From Setoptus koraiensis (taxonomy: Eukaryota; Animalia; Arthropoda): DNA of 64,000 nucleotides. The position numbers and the translations under genes were made by a program. Below the pieces are notes generated by a model that was not told the DNA's origin, made no database searches, and worked only from the letters and a program-made list of their open reading frames with translations. This document shows positions 34,908 through 48,697 of this stretch, piece after piece. The stretch spans positions 16,926,001 through 16,990,000 of the forward strand of contig CM106586.1 in the NCBI GenBank assembly GCA_048013815.1, read 5' to 3'. The first letter of the stretch is position 1, and every line of letters begins with the position of its first letter.

Positions 34908-36289
34908 CGACAAGCTAGACACAATAGCGAGCGGGCAAAGTGTCGCATTAATTTAGATAAATGCCCGTTTCGAAAAAAAGCTTTCGGAACATGGGAACGA
35001 GTTGCTCTGCTCAGTGCCGAATTCAGTCATTTCGAGACGAACCGTTAACCGATTGCGATTGTGACTCACAATTTGTGAGCCGGCAATCAGTTGGTGAGGC
35101 AATGTGTGAGATGCGTTAATTGAGTTACCTGATATTGATGGGCGCAATAATGGCTAGCCAGCGGCTAGCCATTGGCAGTAATTGGCCAGACCATCGCTGG
35201 GCCTGATTGTCGAGTAGCTTCGGGGTGAACGAACGAACGAGCATTGGCGCTGCAGCACAAATGATAAAGTGACAGCCATAACGCTCTATGGGGATTAGTT
35301 GGCCGTCTACTGCGAGCTGTAGGAAGAGGGTGCTTCGATATATGCCGATATATGGCCAATATGCAGATGTGTTTGCAGTGGGCAGCTCGAGCGAAAAGAA
35401 ACAAGTGCTCGTAGTTTGTTTCCATTGAGGATTTTGCTGTTGGAGAGCTGCGCGCCAGACAGTCTCGCCGGCTGGACGCGGCAACAAGTGGCCGCCAATG
35501 TGCGAGCCAATGTGCGAGCCAATGACAAGTTATCGGTTGCAATAATGCCGCAATGGCAGCTTGATTGATCGGTCGTTGTTTGCCATGAGCTGGCTGTGTT
35601 ACAAATTACAATAAAACTGTTGTATATTCATTCTCGTCTAATCATTTGGCCGCGTTTGTGAGTATCAATCAATTTTTGGCCGGCGCATTATTTCAAACTT
35701 TTTGCCTTTTCAAACTTTTCACGTTACGCGAACGTTGCCCGAGAGTTGCTTAAATGGCAAAGTTTACTACTCTGGCCATTGCATAATGCAACTGCGCTGC
35801 TACCTGTTGCCGTTGTTGTTGCTGTTGTTGCCGTTTTTGCTGTTGTTGTTGGTGGCGTTGCTGTTGTTCTGGTCGCGATGATGATTTGATTGGCAGCAAC
35901 GGCTTCGGCAAGAGACGAGGGTGCCACATAATGGCCATGATTATCATGGCATGATACCACTGGCTGGCAAATCTCGGCTTGCGAAGCGGCGGCCGCGATG
36001 TTGCCAGCGCCGCGAAGCCATCGTTGCGAGCCATCGAAACACGAACGCCGCTCAACAGCCGAGCGACAGGTGAGCTGCGGGCCGGCATCATGTCGAATCG
36101 TTGCGGAGTATGGTCGAAGCTGCTGGGCACATTGTGCATGAGCACACATTGTTGTTGAATGTCATGTAATAACTTTTCAATGATTAGTTGGCCAGTGTTG
36201 CAATAATAATGGCGATTCGCATGCAACCTTGAACTTGGCCTCCATTTGATCTAACTGTACTCGCCGTGTTTATACAAGTTGTGCACGAT

Positions 36290-36328
<39 letters not shown>

Positions 36329-38777
36329 ACAACAACAACAGCAGCAACAGCAACGGCAAGTATGGAAAGAGTGAGGCAGTTTGCAAGTTTTTCAGCCAGC
36401 TAGTTAATGGCAACGATGAAATGTTGAGCTGACGGCCATCATCGTGAGTGAGTGAGTGATTGGCCGCGCAACAACCAATACATAATATACAATATATAGT
36501 GTGGTGTGGGCCAGGAAGCCAGTTATGTAATACATAAAAATAAACCGTTATATCGGCGCTGTTACGTGAGCGTACTTTGCGCACAATTGTAACAGTTGAC
36601 TCATCTCGGGGCTGCTGATCCGTCTGTGGCGAGCTGTCTGTTTTGAGTGGCGCGATTCATTTATTTGGCCGATGAATTCTTTCATGATGTAATAGGCAAC
36701 ACACACACACACACACATTGTTGTTGTTCTGTCGTGCCTAATCGGGCCACATCACCGCATGCCTCAGATTGGCTCTTTTGTTCTCCTCTATTCTCTCTAT
36801 TTATATCCACTTTATTTTTATTTTCATGCGAGTGCATGCCATCATGACGGCAAACATCTTGCAAATATCATCGCGTCGCTCTACATACAAACCGGCCCGT
36901 GAGTGGCGACGTCGAGTCAAGTGGCCGAAACAAAGTGTCGGTCGCACACAATTTGATGCCGCTGATGCCCAACTGGCCGGCGTCAAATCACAACAACATC
37001 GGACTGACAAACTCACAAAATATCGGGCTCACAAAACGCCGAGCTCACAACGCCGAGCTCGCAAACGTCGAGCGTAAGCGGGCCAAATGAGAACAAAAAC
37101 AATGCGGGACAAACACGAGGGAAAAAATGGACAAAATTGAGCGTCGTTATGGGCACACAACAATCGGCAAGCTGCAGCAAGTCTCGCCAACGAGCGCTCG
37201 CTGCCCAAAAGTGTCTCGCCGCCCAAAAGTGTCTCGCCGCACAACGGGCCGCGAAAATTTTTCTCTCACAATTGTCTGTCGCTGTGTGTCTCGCTATGTG
37301 TCTGTCGCTGACAGTGAGTATTTTGCAAAGTATTGACCGTAACATATAGTGCGTAACACATACAATTGGATGGTGTGCAATTCGTGGCAATTCGTGAGTG
37401 GAAGCACGAACGCGAACGAGGACGTGTAAACTCACCTGTATGTTCTCTGGCGCGTTGTTTGTTGCTGTCCGCTGGCGGGACACACTGTTGAGTTGAGTTG
37501 CGTGTGTGGCTTGGATTTGTTGTTTTGTTGCAATGGCAACGTTGTTGGATTGTTGTGTCACAGCGCCCACTGATCGTGCTGACTGTTGTTGTTCAATTAA
37601 TTATTGAGTTCATCACAACTCAATCGCTGGCTATGTCTGGCTAATATCGCTGCTGCTAATTGGGCCTGTCCAGACAAAGGTTTGCGTTTGTTTGTTTGCT
37701 GGTTTGTTGTTCGTATTATTTTACTCGTCAAATGCTAATCGAATTGTGGCATCGAAATTGTGACAGCACCCAGCGCTGTTGCTTGATAAGGTCCAGATTG
37801 CGATCTGATGGAGACAACGCGCCCGGCTAGCACATATATACATTTGACATTTGGCCACAACGAAGCGCTGAAAGTCGTCCATTCGCCTGTCCAACACCGA
37901 CAGCCAGCCGCGCATCACTTTCTGGGGTGGCCATCATTAGCTAATCAGCTTATCAGGGTCAGCGGGCATTGCGACAACTGCAAACAAACTCGCTCGCTCG
38001 CTCGATGGGCCGTTTGCCGTGTGCGACATGAGCCCGTTCGAGCAAGCGAATCAATTAGCGCTCGGCGGCTCGCCTGATCTCGATAGGTGCCGTTGCTTTC
38101 TCGGTGGCACAGTTAGTCTGGCGCTGTGATGCGACGTCCAGTTATCTGCCAGCAGTCATGGTGAGCTGTCAGAACCACTCATTATGTCATGCCAGCCACC
38201 AAAGTGTAGCTGCCACAGTATAGCTTTCAAAGTATAGATGCCACAGTATAGTACAGTACAGTGTAGTGTGTAGCAGTGTGTGAGAGAATTCTTATTTTTA
38301 TCCAGCGACACAACAGGTGAATTAACACAGGTCTTGCCATGAGCAGTGTTTGTTTGTGGCGGTGGCCGTTTCGGGACAATTGCACAATTATTCAGTTTCG
38401 CCAGCCACAATGTCAATGGAATTAAATGTCAATGTTATTGCGACCTTTGCAGCGGCCGAACCGTCTCATACGGCTTATTATTATTCATCGGTACACACAC
38501 TGCGATCGACCGATAGACCCATAATCTATGGGCCATACAGCACCAGTACAAGTGTTTTCGCAAACTTGAAGGCTCGCTTTTTCCATTGGCTCGGCGGCAA
38601 CTCTTCGGCGATGATGCATTATTTATGGTCCTGTCCAAACAACGCCGCCATACACTATATTTTATTTATTGAGCTCGCTTCAAAGCCATTATCCAGCTCC
38701 ACTCGCTGGGCGCTTTTTGCACACTTGCTGCCAGCGCTCGCCTGGTACCGAGCCAGCCGAGCCGAGCCAAGCCAAGC

Positions 38778-38778
38778 C

Positions 38779-38822
<44 letters not shown>
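38778..38822. repeat. (CAA)15 microsatellite
   Basis: Pure non-coding triplet run. Confidence 0.95.
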
Positions 38823-38824
<2 letters not shown>

Positions 38825-41239
38825 TGTTGATTGGCTGACACACAACGGCTTCTCGTTGACATTCGCTTGCCAGTCCTGTTGCTGGACAACAACTTTCGAT
38901 TCTCCGCTTCTGTGTCTTTGCGAAAATATTCAATGTAATAATAGCATCAGTTGCGATCGTCGTACAATGAAGACAACAACAACAGCAACAACAACAACAA
39001 CAACAACAACAGCAGCGAGCCCAAGACTGCCAAAATGATCGCTTAGAGCGAACGGTGCCGTCCCAGCATCGCAGACGGCCCAATAATGTATGCATCTGTG
39101 TATTAAGTTCAATGTTCATGAGAAATGCGTTACAAGTCAGCAGTTGGCAGTTGGCAGTTAGGAGACCAGATTTACGAGTTATACGAGATTAGATGTTTAT
39201 AAAAAGAAGTTCAGCTCCATTAAAAATTACTGCACTACTTGACACATGTGAACTCTTGGCTCACCTCGGCTCTCGCTAGCAAAGAGCATCTCGCTGGCAA
39301 AGAGTGTTATTACTATTGGTTAGTTATTCATCATTTAGCCCGACCAATCAAACAGCCCCATCTCATGATGTAATGTGTGCTGGTGGTGCAATGGTCACTT
39401 TTATTTTGATGAAACTATCACTGTTGCAACAGAGATGATGCAAACAACGACAAGCAACAGCAACAACAACGACAAGCAACAACAACGACAAGCAACAACA
39501 ACGACAACGACAAACAACACACCAGCGCATTGTTACAGTGTATACAATGTACACTGCAACAAGGGAGGTGTCATTGACCATGAATAGTGGTGTAGTTGCG
39601 CAATTAATTGTTGTCCGCGATCGCTTGTGGTTATATTGTGGTTGCATTCGCAATGCCACTTCGATCAGTTTTATCTATTTCTGCAAGCATCCTAATCATC
39701 TCATCAAATCAACTTCCTATTTCTGACCGGGCAAAGTCTCACAATTTATTTGATACCCGATCATTGTCATTAACACTTGTCATAAACTTGTGGCTATTGA
39801 GCGCTCTCATGCAACTTACATTATGTAAGTCAAATGCCAAAGTGATGCAACGACCGCTCGATAGTCTAACGATACTTGATGGTACAAGTTGCAGAGACTT
39901 GCAGTGTTCAACTTGAACTTGCCCAGTTCTTTCCACGATACGGCTGCTGCCGCCTGTTGAGCTATCACGGCAACAATTCGTAGAATCATTTGCGATAAAC
40001 ATTCATAGGCATCGCTACATACAATATTTCGCCATATATCCCATCTCAAAACAACCTAGGAGAGCCTCAATTCACAACTTTTGGCCAGCCGCCATACCAC
40101 GGAACACATTGAGGCACTCTATGAGCTGTGAAGAGGCTGCGAATCTCGGTGTGCCGTTCGTCTAAAGTACGAGATTGAAGAGAAGAGATAAAGTAGAGAG
40201 TATAGGACAATGGGCGCTCCCAGAAAAAACATTCCAGCAAGGGTTTGCCTATCATCTCGAAGCGAGAGACTCGATCCTTACGAGCATTAGTAGCAAACTC
40301 GATTCGGAAAGGGACCTTTCGCACTCCGAACCAAACATTAATTTGCTAGCTTTCGTAAGAGTAGTTTCTCAAGTAGTCTACTTGTCTGTTTGTGAAGTTG
40401 TGGTTTTATATCAGTGAGTTACAACAAGAAGTAGTATCTTTGGGGTGACATCCTGAGTACCTTGGATGTGATCCAGTTTCAAACTAGTCATGACTATGTT
40501 GATATTTCGCTATTGTAAAAATAAGCTAGAGCTGCCAAGGTAAATCTGAATCGTCAATTTATTGCCCAATCGTTTGGATTTGTGAGTGATTTCAATAGGC
40601 ACTTTGTTACATTTGCCTACTCCAATGGAAGATCGATGTCCAAAGTCTCTCGTATCCGATCTGCTAGGCTCCCGATTGTCTGTCCTTGACATTGGTGAAT
40701 TTTTATTGCTACACATATATCACAAATATCTGATCAATATCGTTAGATCTGATGATACTGTTTGAGTATTTAAGAATAGAGCAAGCACAGCATGTTCCAC
40801 GTTTGTGTAAGTATGATTTGCAGATAAATGTATAAAATGTGTATGTATTGTTGATAATTGATAATACTAAATTGCAACGAAAATCTATGATTGAATCTGT
40901 CCACCGTTTGTTACATAGATTTTACAATTTTGTTAGTTGATATTTCCTATTATATCATAGTGTGTTAGGTAGACAAACAAAAATGGTGTTTTGATTTTGC
41001 TAACTTGTTGCCATATGTTGTCCGCGTGGCGTTATTGTCCGTGCTACTCGGAATAATATCACCTGACAATGTGAGCCGGGTGAAATACAAGTAGAGATAT
41101 TGAAAATCAAGTGAATCTATTGTTTCTCCATTGCCTCTACTACTTCGACTATTACGGGTGAATTGTCGTTGGAATTATTATCTCTTTGTGGACATACAAT
41201 ATATTATGCTAACCAATAAGAACAAACAAATACACATGA

Positions 41240-42391
41240 TTAGTGCAACAGAAATCCAATGCGCTTCTCAAAGGGATATTCCGGATGATCCGACAAGCTG
41301 TGGCACCAAGTAACGAGAGATGGAATAGTTATTAGATTTTATATATCTACAGGAGCTGTGGCCTAGATCCAGAATAATTATAGATCGGGGCTCTCTCATG
41401 ACGCAACTTACCCTTTGTGATTATCATAGTAGAATATTCTGTCATTACGGCTGAGATCATCGAGGAGTTCAACGTCTTCTTCGGACAAAATTTTTCCATT
41501 CTCGTCGGCCATCTGATTCACGGCTGCTGACAAATTCTCCTCCAATTGTGTTATGTTGTCCGTTTTAATCACAAACGATAGCTCTTTTGTCTTGAGCCAG
41601 TATATTATAATCTGGGCGGGCGTCTTGTTATATTTCGACGCTAATCTATTGACTAGCGGATCATCCAGGGGCGATTGTTTGCCATATTCGGCTGCCGAAT
41701 GGGGCGAACCCAGTGCTGCGAAGGCCTCAAAATGTACGCCCAATTTCTCACACTCTGCTCTCATTAATTCGTCCTGATTATACAAATGGAATTCATTTTG
41801 AACAACATCCACATGATATAGAGAATTCAGTCTGTTCAACTGTTCGATATTGACATTGCTCAAACCGATCAGTCTAACAAGACCTTGCTCTTTTAATTTG
41901 CTCATTTTGATCCACGTCCTGGTCAGATCAACATCTGTGTCTATCAGGACTTTTCCGTCTTGAGATTTCGGATAATAAGTGGTATGGTCGACAAATTTTG
42001 TTGAGAATGGAGCATGCACGAGAAATAGGTCCAAGTAGCAAAGTTGTAATTGGTCCAGCGACATCTTCAAGCTCTCCTCCATTTTGTCCTCTCTCATCAT
42101 GTTCACTGGCAATTTGGATGTGATGAACAGTTCCGATCTGGCCAGATTCACCTCACCCCCTCCGTGACCAATAATATTCCTGAGCGATTGGCCCAACAAT
42201 GATTGTGTTCCATACAACGGGGCGCAATCGAAATGGCGACAACCCATTTGGCAGGCCCTACTGACCAATTCCTTAAACTGGTCACCAGTGACAGTTGGTC
42301 GGGCAGTGTCGGATTGCTTTGCTGAGCCCTCGTTGCTGATATCGTGGGCAGTTCCAAAAGCATATTTTCCATAATTTGGAATGATGTCCAT
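41240..42391 (-). CDS. Aldo-keto reductase (AKR1-like), 2 exons, ~345 aa
   Basis: Exons 42391-41412 and 41297-41240 (GTAAGT/CAG, phase 2). Splicing restores the family-typical tail DHPEYPF. Catalytic tetrad motifs FDCA, LYG, ITSK and LVHAP, plus IGLSN and TPAQI. Confidence 0.93.
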
Positions 42392-43525
42392 GATTTTATT
42401 TTTGATTTCTTTCCTCGGAATGTAGGTTCGTTGCAAAATATATGCGCACTTTAGTGTTTTATCCAAGGGCAACCCTATCTGTATCTTTTTGTGTGATAGA
42501 AGTATGTATGTCACCGGTGTGACTTGACTCGACAAGTTGCAGTTGCAAATAACAAAATAGTTGATAAAATAGATTCGGCGATCAAGATAATTGACGGCGG
42601 GCTCTTCAAATAGATATTCCATCGATTTCTGGAATAATTTGCAATAGATAATTTGTCGCCAAACGCACATGCAAACCACGATAAAGAGCTTGCTAGAGAT
42701 CGATTGTGTTCAGCGACTAATCGATGAACTCAAGTTTTCAGTTGCCCATGGTAACAAGAGACGACAACGTAGAGCAGTTACATAATAGGCACTTCTTAAA
42801 CTTGTTAAGTAGCGATTATGCTTGCATTGCCTCCATGAACATTACCGATGTTCGTTTGTATTCTATCGTTCGTTAACGCTACACTTATGCATGGTATATG
42901 TCACTGACATTGTTAGCTGAGAATAATCAATCTACAGATAATGAGGAATTGTCTGGCTGATGACGAGTGTCATATCTCATGATTGCGTACTCATTACAAA
43001 TTGCAAGAAAGAAAGAGAGTCCATACTTAAGTGCGCTCGTTACGAGCCGTAACTTACGATTTTGTTCAGTTTCAGACAAACAGATAGGAGGAGAACTGCA
43101 TCAAATCGGTTCAACCAAGTGCCGTTTGTGATCTCGGCATCAGATTGGGCAGAATTATGACTTCTAAGAACAGTCAAGTAGCTTATTGTGGGGATTAAAA
43201 AGATGAAAATAATTACGAGTATTGACTCATGTTTTTCTCTCTCCGAATCTCCTAGTCTCGGAGGGAGCGATCGAGTGCTTACTTGGCGCACTCACGCCAC
43301 TCATTCGTTCTCTAATTCCTGATCTCTTAATCACATGGAAGGATTGAACAAAATTGAAACAAAAGGGATCACTCGAGAATTCAAATTGTTCGCAAGTCTT
43401 GGGAGGTCTGCATCAAAGTGCAGCATCATCAATGGATGATGTTGTCTTGGAAATCAGATCGAAGCGCCGAGCTATTGGGTCGCAACGCCTCCTCGCTCCC
43501 CATCAACTCTAAGTATAGATGCAAC

Positions 43526-43528
<3 letters not shown>

Positions 43529-43568
<40 letters not shown>
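43529..43568. repeat. (GT)20 microsatellite
   Basis: Pure dinucleotide run. Confidence 0.95.
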
Positions 43569-43570
<2 letters not shown>

Positions 43571-46500
43571 TAAGAATAAAATTAACCTCTGTACAGGTGA
43601 AAAAGATCTAATCGAACGGCTCGTGAATATTGATTGTCTAGCCCAGATAAAGTGTCTGATTGTATTTACACCTAGTTGATGATCCGCTCATCTCGCAGCG
43701 ATGCGCGGATATAAACTTTTATGGTCCTCTACTATGTTACATAGTCTATGTACATATTCAACTTGATTTGTGTGAGTGTGTGATTTCGTTATTCTTTCTG
43801 TATCGATGCTACAAGCACGACTATAATGACTATAATGAATGACGCAATCTTTCATCCTCATCTCTTATTACGCAGACAATTCATCTAATCATAATTGTTA
43901 TCTTCTTAGCTTTCTGGTTGGTATAACTTATATCTCTTATAGCGTATAAAAGATACAGATGGCAGCATTAAGGGGCTAACCGATTGTTGCATATGACCGA
44001 TGAATAAGCCGGCCAACAATTTGTCTGATTGATCCATCTGAGATAGGCCCGTATAAACAATTGTGTGTATGCAAATAAGCGAAAAGCAAACTATAAATAT
44101 CTGTGAATAGATGGACATTATATCAGTGATCTCAGGGTTTGGCATTTTAAGTGGCTACATTCATTTGAATATAGAACGCGCACATATACCAATAGGTACA
44201 ATACATCCCAATCAGGCGTATGCATGTCAGTTAATTGAAACGTTTATCTTTTTAGCAAATCGGTAGATCATCTCACTGACAACAGAGCCCAGACCAATTA
44301 CAACAGCCAACAACGGGCAACAACAGGTAACAACAAGTAACAACAGGGTAGCAAACAACGGCTCGTGGGCAAGCCTAAATTTAGATTATGGCCATTAGTT
44401 TGAGCGAGCTTGGCCACATGTTTTGTCATTTTTGCCATATTTAGACGCCCTTTATTTGACACAGTCTCACTATCTGACCAAGCTCACCCGGCCAATGACG
44501 ATACAATATAAATAATGAGAACGCGAATTTATTTTGGCTAATTTAATAAAAACAAAGTTTGATTGTCGTTCCAATGCCAACGATAAGGCGTGCAAACTGG
44601 CAAGCTGGCTAAGGTTAAGCTGATTGGGTCAAATTGAGCAGAGCGGCGTTTTCTCCAACTACCCTGCTGATAGAGTTGCAATCAAAACAAAATGCACTTT
44701 AACCATTGTTGTAATTATCATTGACAGTTGATGGCCCCCATGTTGGACTTCCTGTCGACATTGAGCGATAATTCAAACAATGCCAGCCATGATATCGACT
44801 AAATGTGCGGATGGCATCAACTAAGTAGCAGCTGATGGCAGTGAATCGAAGTCAGCAACGTGGTCGGAATGGGGAGGTGAAAAAGGCAAAGTCGCATCAG
44901 CTGTCATGGCGGAGGCTCTAGTTGAAAGAATGATTAAAGTGTTTATGCTAATTAATGTTACTCTCTGGGCTGTCGTTGGCCGGCATGCTCCACATTGGTC
45001 GGAGGGCAAACTAATAATAATGATAATGGACAGTCGGAGCCTGCAGAGAGCAGCAGCAGTCAATACAACATCTGTGTGTTTATGTTTATATGAGTGAGTG
45101 TTCATTCATAAAAAGGTTTATAAATTAAAACACAAGAATTAAACACATTGAGAGGGCTTTAGCCCTTGATTAAAACAGTGCACAACAATGGCAGTTGTGC
45201 GCTGGCCTCTGCTGTTATGGGCCAGCATTTATCCACCGACAGCGCTGTGTATTAATTGATTGGACACAGAAAGGCCAGTGATTGAGTGAGACGGCCAGCG
45301 AGCAAATCAGTAAGTCAGTGAGTCGGTCGGTCGGTCGGTCGGCCAATCGGTCGTCTGGCCAGCAGTTGTTGCTGTTGTTGTTGCTGCTGCTGTTGTCGCT
45401 GCTGCTGTTGTTGTGTCGCTGTTGTTGTGTCGCTGTTGTTGTGTCGCTGTTGTTGCTGCCGCTGTTGTTGCGATCGCAGCGCAAACGCTGAGATGATGAA
45501 TGAAACAAAAAATGGACTCTGACCCCGCCTTTTTAATGGCCAACTAGGGCCAAATGCAAACGAAACGGAACGCTGGCTCTAGCGAGTCACACCATTTGAC
45601 TATCTGTCAAATGGTGTGCGTTGCTCGTTATTTGTCGTGTTTGGGTCTCGCTCGGTCCGTCCGTCCGTCCGTCCGTCCGCCCGTTGTTTGGCGACAAGTT
45701 GGGTCCGAGACGGGCGAGTGTGGCAGTGCGACCGTGTCCCAGTTGATGTCGGGCTCTAATTTGGCCGCGCTGTTGTCGTCGCCGTCGGTCGTTATTGTCG
45801 CTGTCAGTGGCGCTGGCGCTGGTCGTAATTGTCGTATCCATGGCAGCGCCAATTGAGAGCGCTGAGAGCGACTTGCGGCCGCCGCGAGATGTCCATTCAT
45901 ATTTCATTCTTGCCCATCGCATGTTATCGACTACTGTTTGGCCCTGGCACTGGCCACTTTGATGGGTTTCGTCCGTTCCGTTTGCGCCACAGTCGCTCAT
46001 TCGTCATGGCCAGCAACAGCCGTATTAGCAACAGTGTCAGCAGCCAGGGTCGCAGCCTGCAAGTGGCGGCCGCAGAGAGAGGAAGTGAGCGCCACTGTCC
46101 GCCGAAAACAGCGCCATTCCACGTCGGACGGCGGCCGGCGGCCGCAGGAAGCCCGAGAGCCACAGCCAGCGGCCAGCGGCCGTCGGGCCGAACAACGGCC
46201 GCTGGTGGGCGGCCACAGATTGGCGCCTGTTGTTTGCCTTCATCAAAAATGACAACAATAACAAATGATAACATAACAAGCAGTCGTTGTCGCGTCGTCG
46301 TCGTCGCTGTAGCTGTAGCTGGCGCCGCTGTCGTTGTTGTCGCTGTTGTTGTTGTTGTCGTTGTTGTCGTCGCTGTTATTGCGTAATGCAACTGCAACAA
46401 CAGCGTCGGCCAGCTCGAATGAGACGCCACACACACGCTTGTGTGTGTGTGCGATGGCCGACTTAGCCCAAGCTGGGGGCCGCGCTGAGTCGTGCCAGCG

Positions 46501-48029
46501 AGCAAAGCGAGCGACGCTGGGCAGCTGTTCGGCGGTCACTCACTCATGTTATTCGCTGGCGTCGTACGGCTGGCCCGACACAGCGCTGGACGGCGCAGAC
46601 CGAGCGACGTCCAGCTTATGTTCGGGCTGAGCCGGTTCTCGCGAACTGTTGCCGAGTTCGATTCGAACAGTTGCGTTCGCAGACAGCGAATGCATGTTGG
46701 CAGGCCTCGTTCGAATGCATGTTTCGAATGCAACTTGCAGCGCGTTCGAGTGGCAGCGCCAGCATGCGAGCGTGTGTGCGACTCAGGCCCGTCGCTTATC
46801 ACTCACACACACCAGGCTTGCAATCGCTTGCGAAGGCAAAGCTCACTATGCATGTACAATCATACTGCATGTAAGCCTTGCATTGTGAGGCTGTTGTGCA
46901 TGGCAAGCGATCGAAAAGTTCGAGGGCATCAACTAACAGCGAGTTGTGCATCGCATTGTGCTGCTGGCTGCGAACAAACAGGCGAGAGTTCATTAGTCGA
47001 TTGGCCAACGCAGCGCTAAGACCGAGCCGCCGTTCACTTCTTTTTGCTGCGCTCTCCCACTCCGTGTGCTGGCGACCACGTCCACGAAAACAGCAACAAC
47101 GACAACAACAACAGCAGCAACAACGACAACAACAACATCGACCACGACGACAGCGGCAGCAGCGACATTGCGTCTGCAGCAGGCAACACGCAGCCAATTG
47201 ATTGTTGTTCGCTTCGGCTCGTCGCCGCCGCCTCATCCATTTCCGAGAACCCACAAGCTGCTGGCCGTGCCAAGGCCCGCGTGTGTTATGCGCCCGTCGC
47301 ATCGCCATTTGTGTGCAAGCAGCGCCGCAAGACACGGGCCGAGTCCATTGTGAGCATCACGCAAGCGGCGACAATTTTACAATGCCGATCAGCGGCGCCG
47401 TTAGCTGACATTGGCACGACGACGCCAGCAGCAACAGCATCGCCAACAACAACAGCAACGACAGCAACAGCAACGACAACAGCAACAGCAACAGCAGCAG
47501 CAACAGCAGCAGCAACAACGACAGCGGCAGCACAAGATTCAGTGGGGGCGCCCTCGACAAGTCGCCCCAAAGTCGCACACAAAGCGGAGAGCAACAGTGT
47601 GGGACAGGCCGTGTTTGGCGTCCAGCGAACCTCTGCCGACTGCAGCGGCATCCGCATGCTCAGCATCGGCATCAGCATCATCATCGTTGCGATTATCTTC
47701 TGTTGTGCGCCATTATCGCTTGTGCGTCTCGCGGCGTCAGCTGCTCGCCGATGTTAGTCAGTATTTATTGCGCCGAATCGAAGCGCTGCACTGATTGAGA
47801 CAGCAAACAACAATAGCGAGCAGTGAGCTAAAGTGCGACATCGTTATCGTTTGACAACAACCAACAGCAACGACCAGCCGCAACAACCAACAGCAACAAC
47901 CAACAACGACAACCAACAGCAACAACCAACAACGACAACAGCAACAACGTTGAATAGCAACAGGCAGCAGGGCAATAGATTCTTCCTCAGGAGAGCACTG
48001 TATCGGCCATTGTGAGCTGCAGCGGTGAT

Positions 48030-48060
<31 letters not shown>

Positions 48061-48697
48061 GCAGCACAAAAGCAACAGATACGTGCATCGGCCAGCAGCA
48101 ACAACTGGCAACAGCAGCTCGCATTGCACCATTGTCGCAGCCAATATTGTTGTTGGTGCGTCCATCTGCTCATGTGTGCGCCTCCGCCTGCCCCCAGTTC
48201 GTGCCCCCAGTTCGTCGCTGGTCTGTTGTTGCAAGTCGCGCAAGTTAGTGTGCACAACAAGCAGCCGTGTGTGTGTGCTGGCTCGTTCAATTTCAACCAT
48301 CCACATCGAACAAAATCACATGAATAGTGTGCCTTTATTTTTTATTTCGTTATTTATTATTTAAATCCACTCTCGTCGGTTGCAACTGCAATTGTTGCAC
48401 ACAGCGCCAGGCACGCAGCCATTGTTATACCATTATTATCGTCGGCACCGTTCGACAGCATCGGCGAGACCGAACCGCGGCCAGCCAACAATTCGACGAT
48501 CGAATAATTCGACAATCGCATCAGCGGATCGGGTCGGCGCGCAACTGCCCCTGAAACGCGACACTGCGCCAGCGCCAGCCCCACGGCCCCCGAACAGTGA
48601 AGATTTGCGCTAGATTCAGCGCACCAAATCGAACTGTTGCCGAGCGGCCAGTGCCAGCACCAAATCGAACTGTTGCCGACCAGCCATTGCCGCACCG

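Noticed and set aside
40040-40720. Short ORFs between the SH3/SAM upstream region and AKR
   Set aside because: No recognisable transposase, RT or other motif. The frames are interrupted.
42392-42679. In-frame 96-aa N-terminal extension of the AKR ORF
   Set aside because: Non-ATG start and no AKR similarity. The ATG at 42391 gives a normal-length enzyme.
47044-47757. 237-aa Thr/Ala-rich ORF with a hydrophobic end, as a mucin or a Daple 5' exon
   Set aside because: No signal peptide, built from ACA/GCA/AGC repeats that are open in several frames, and no phase-matched strong donor found. Not fully excluded without RNA data.
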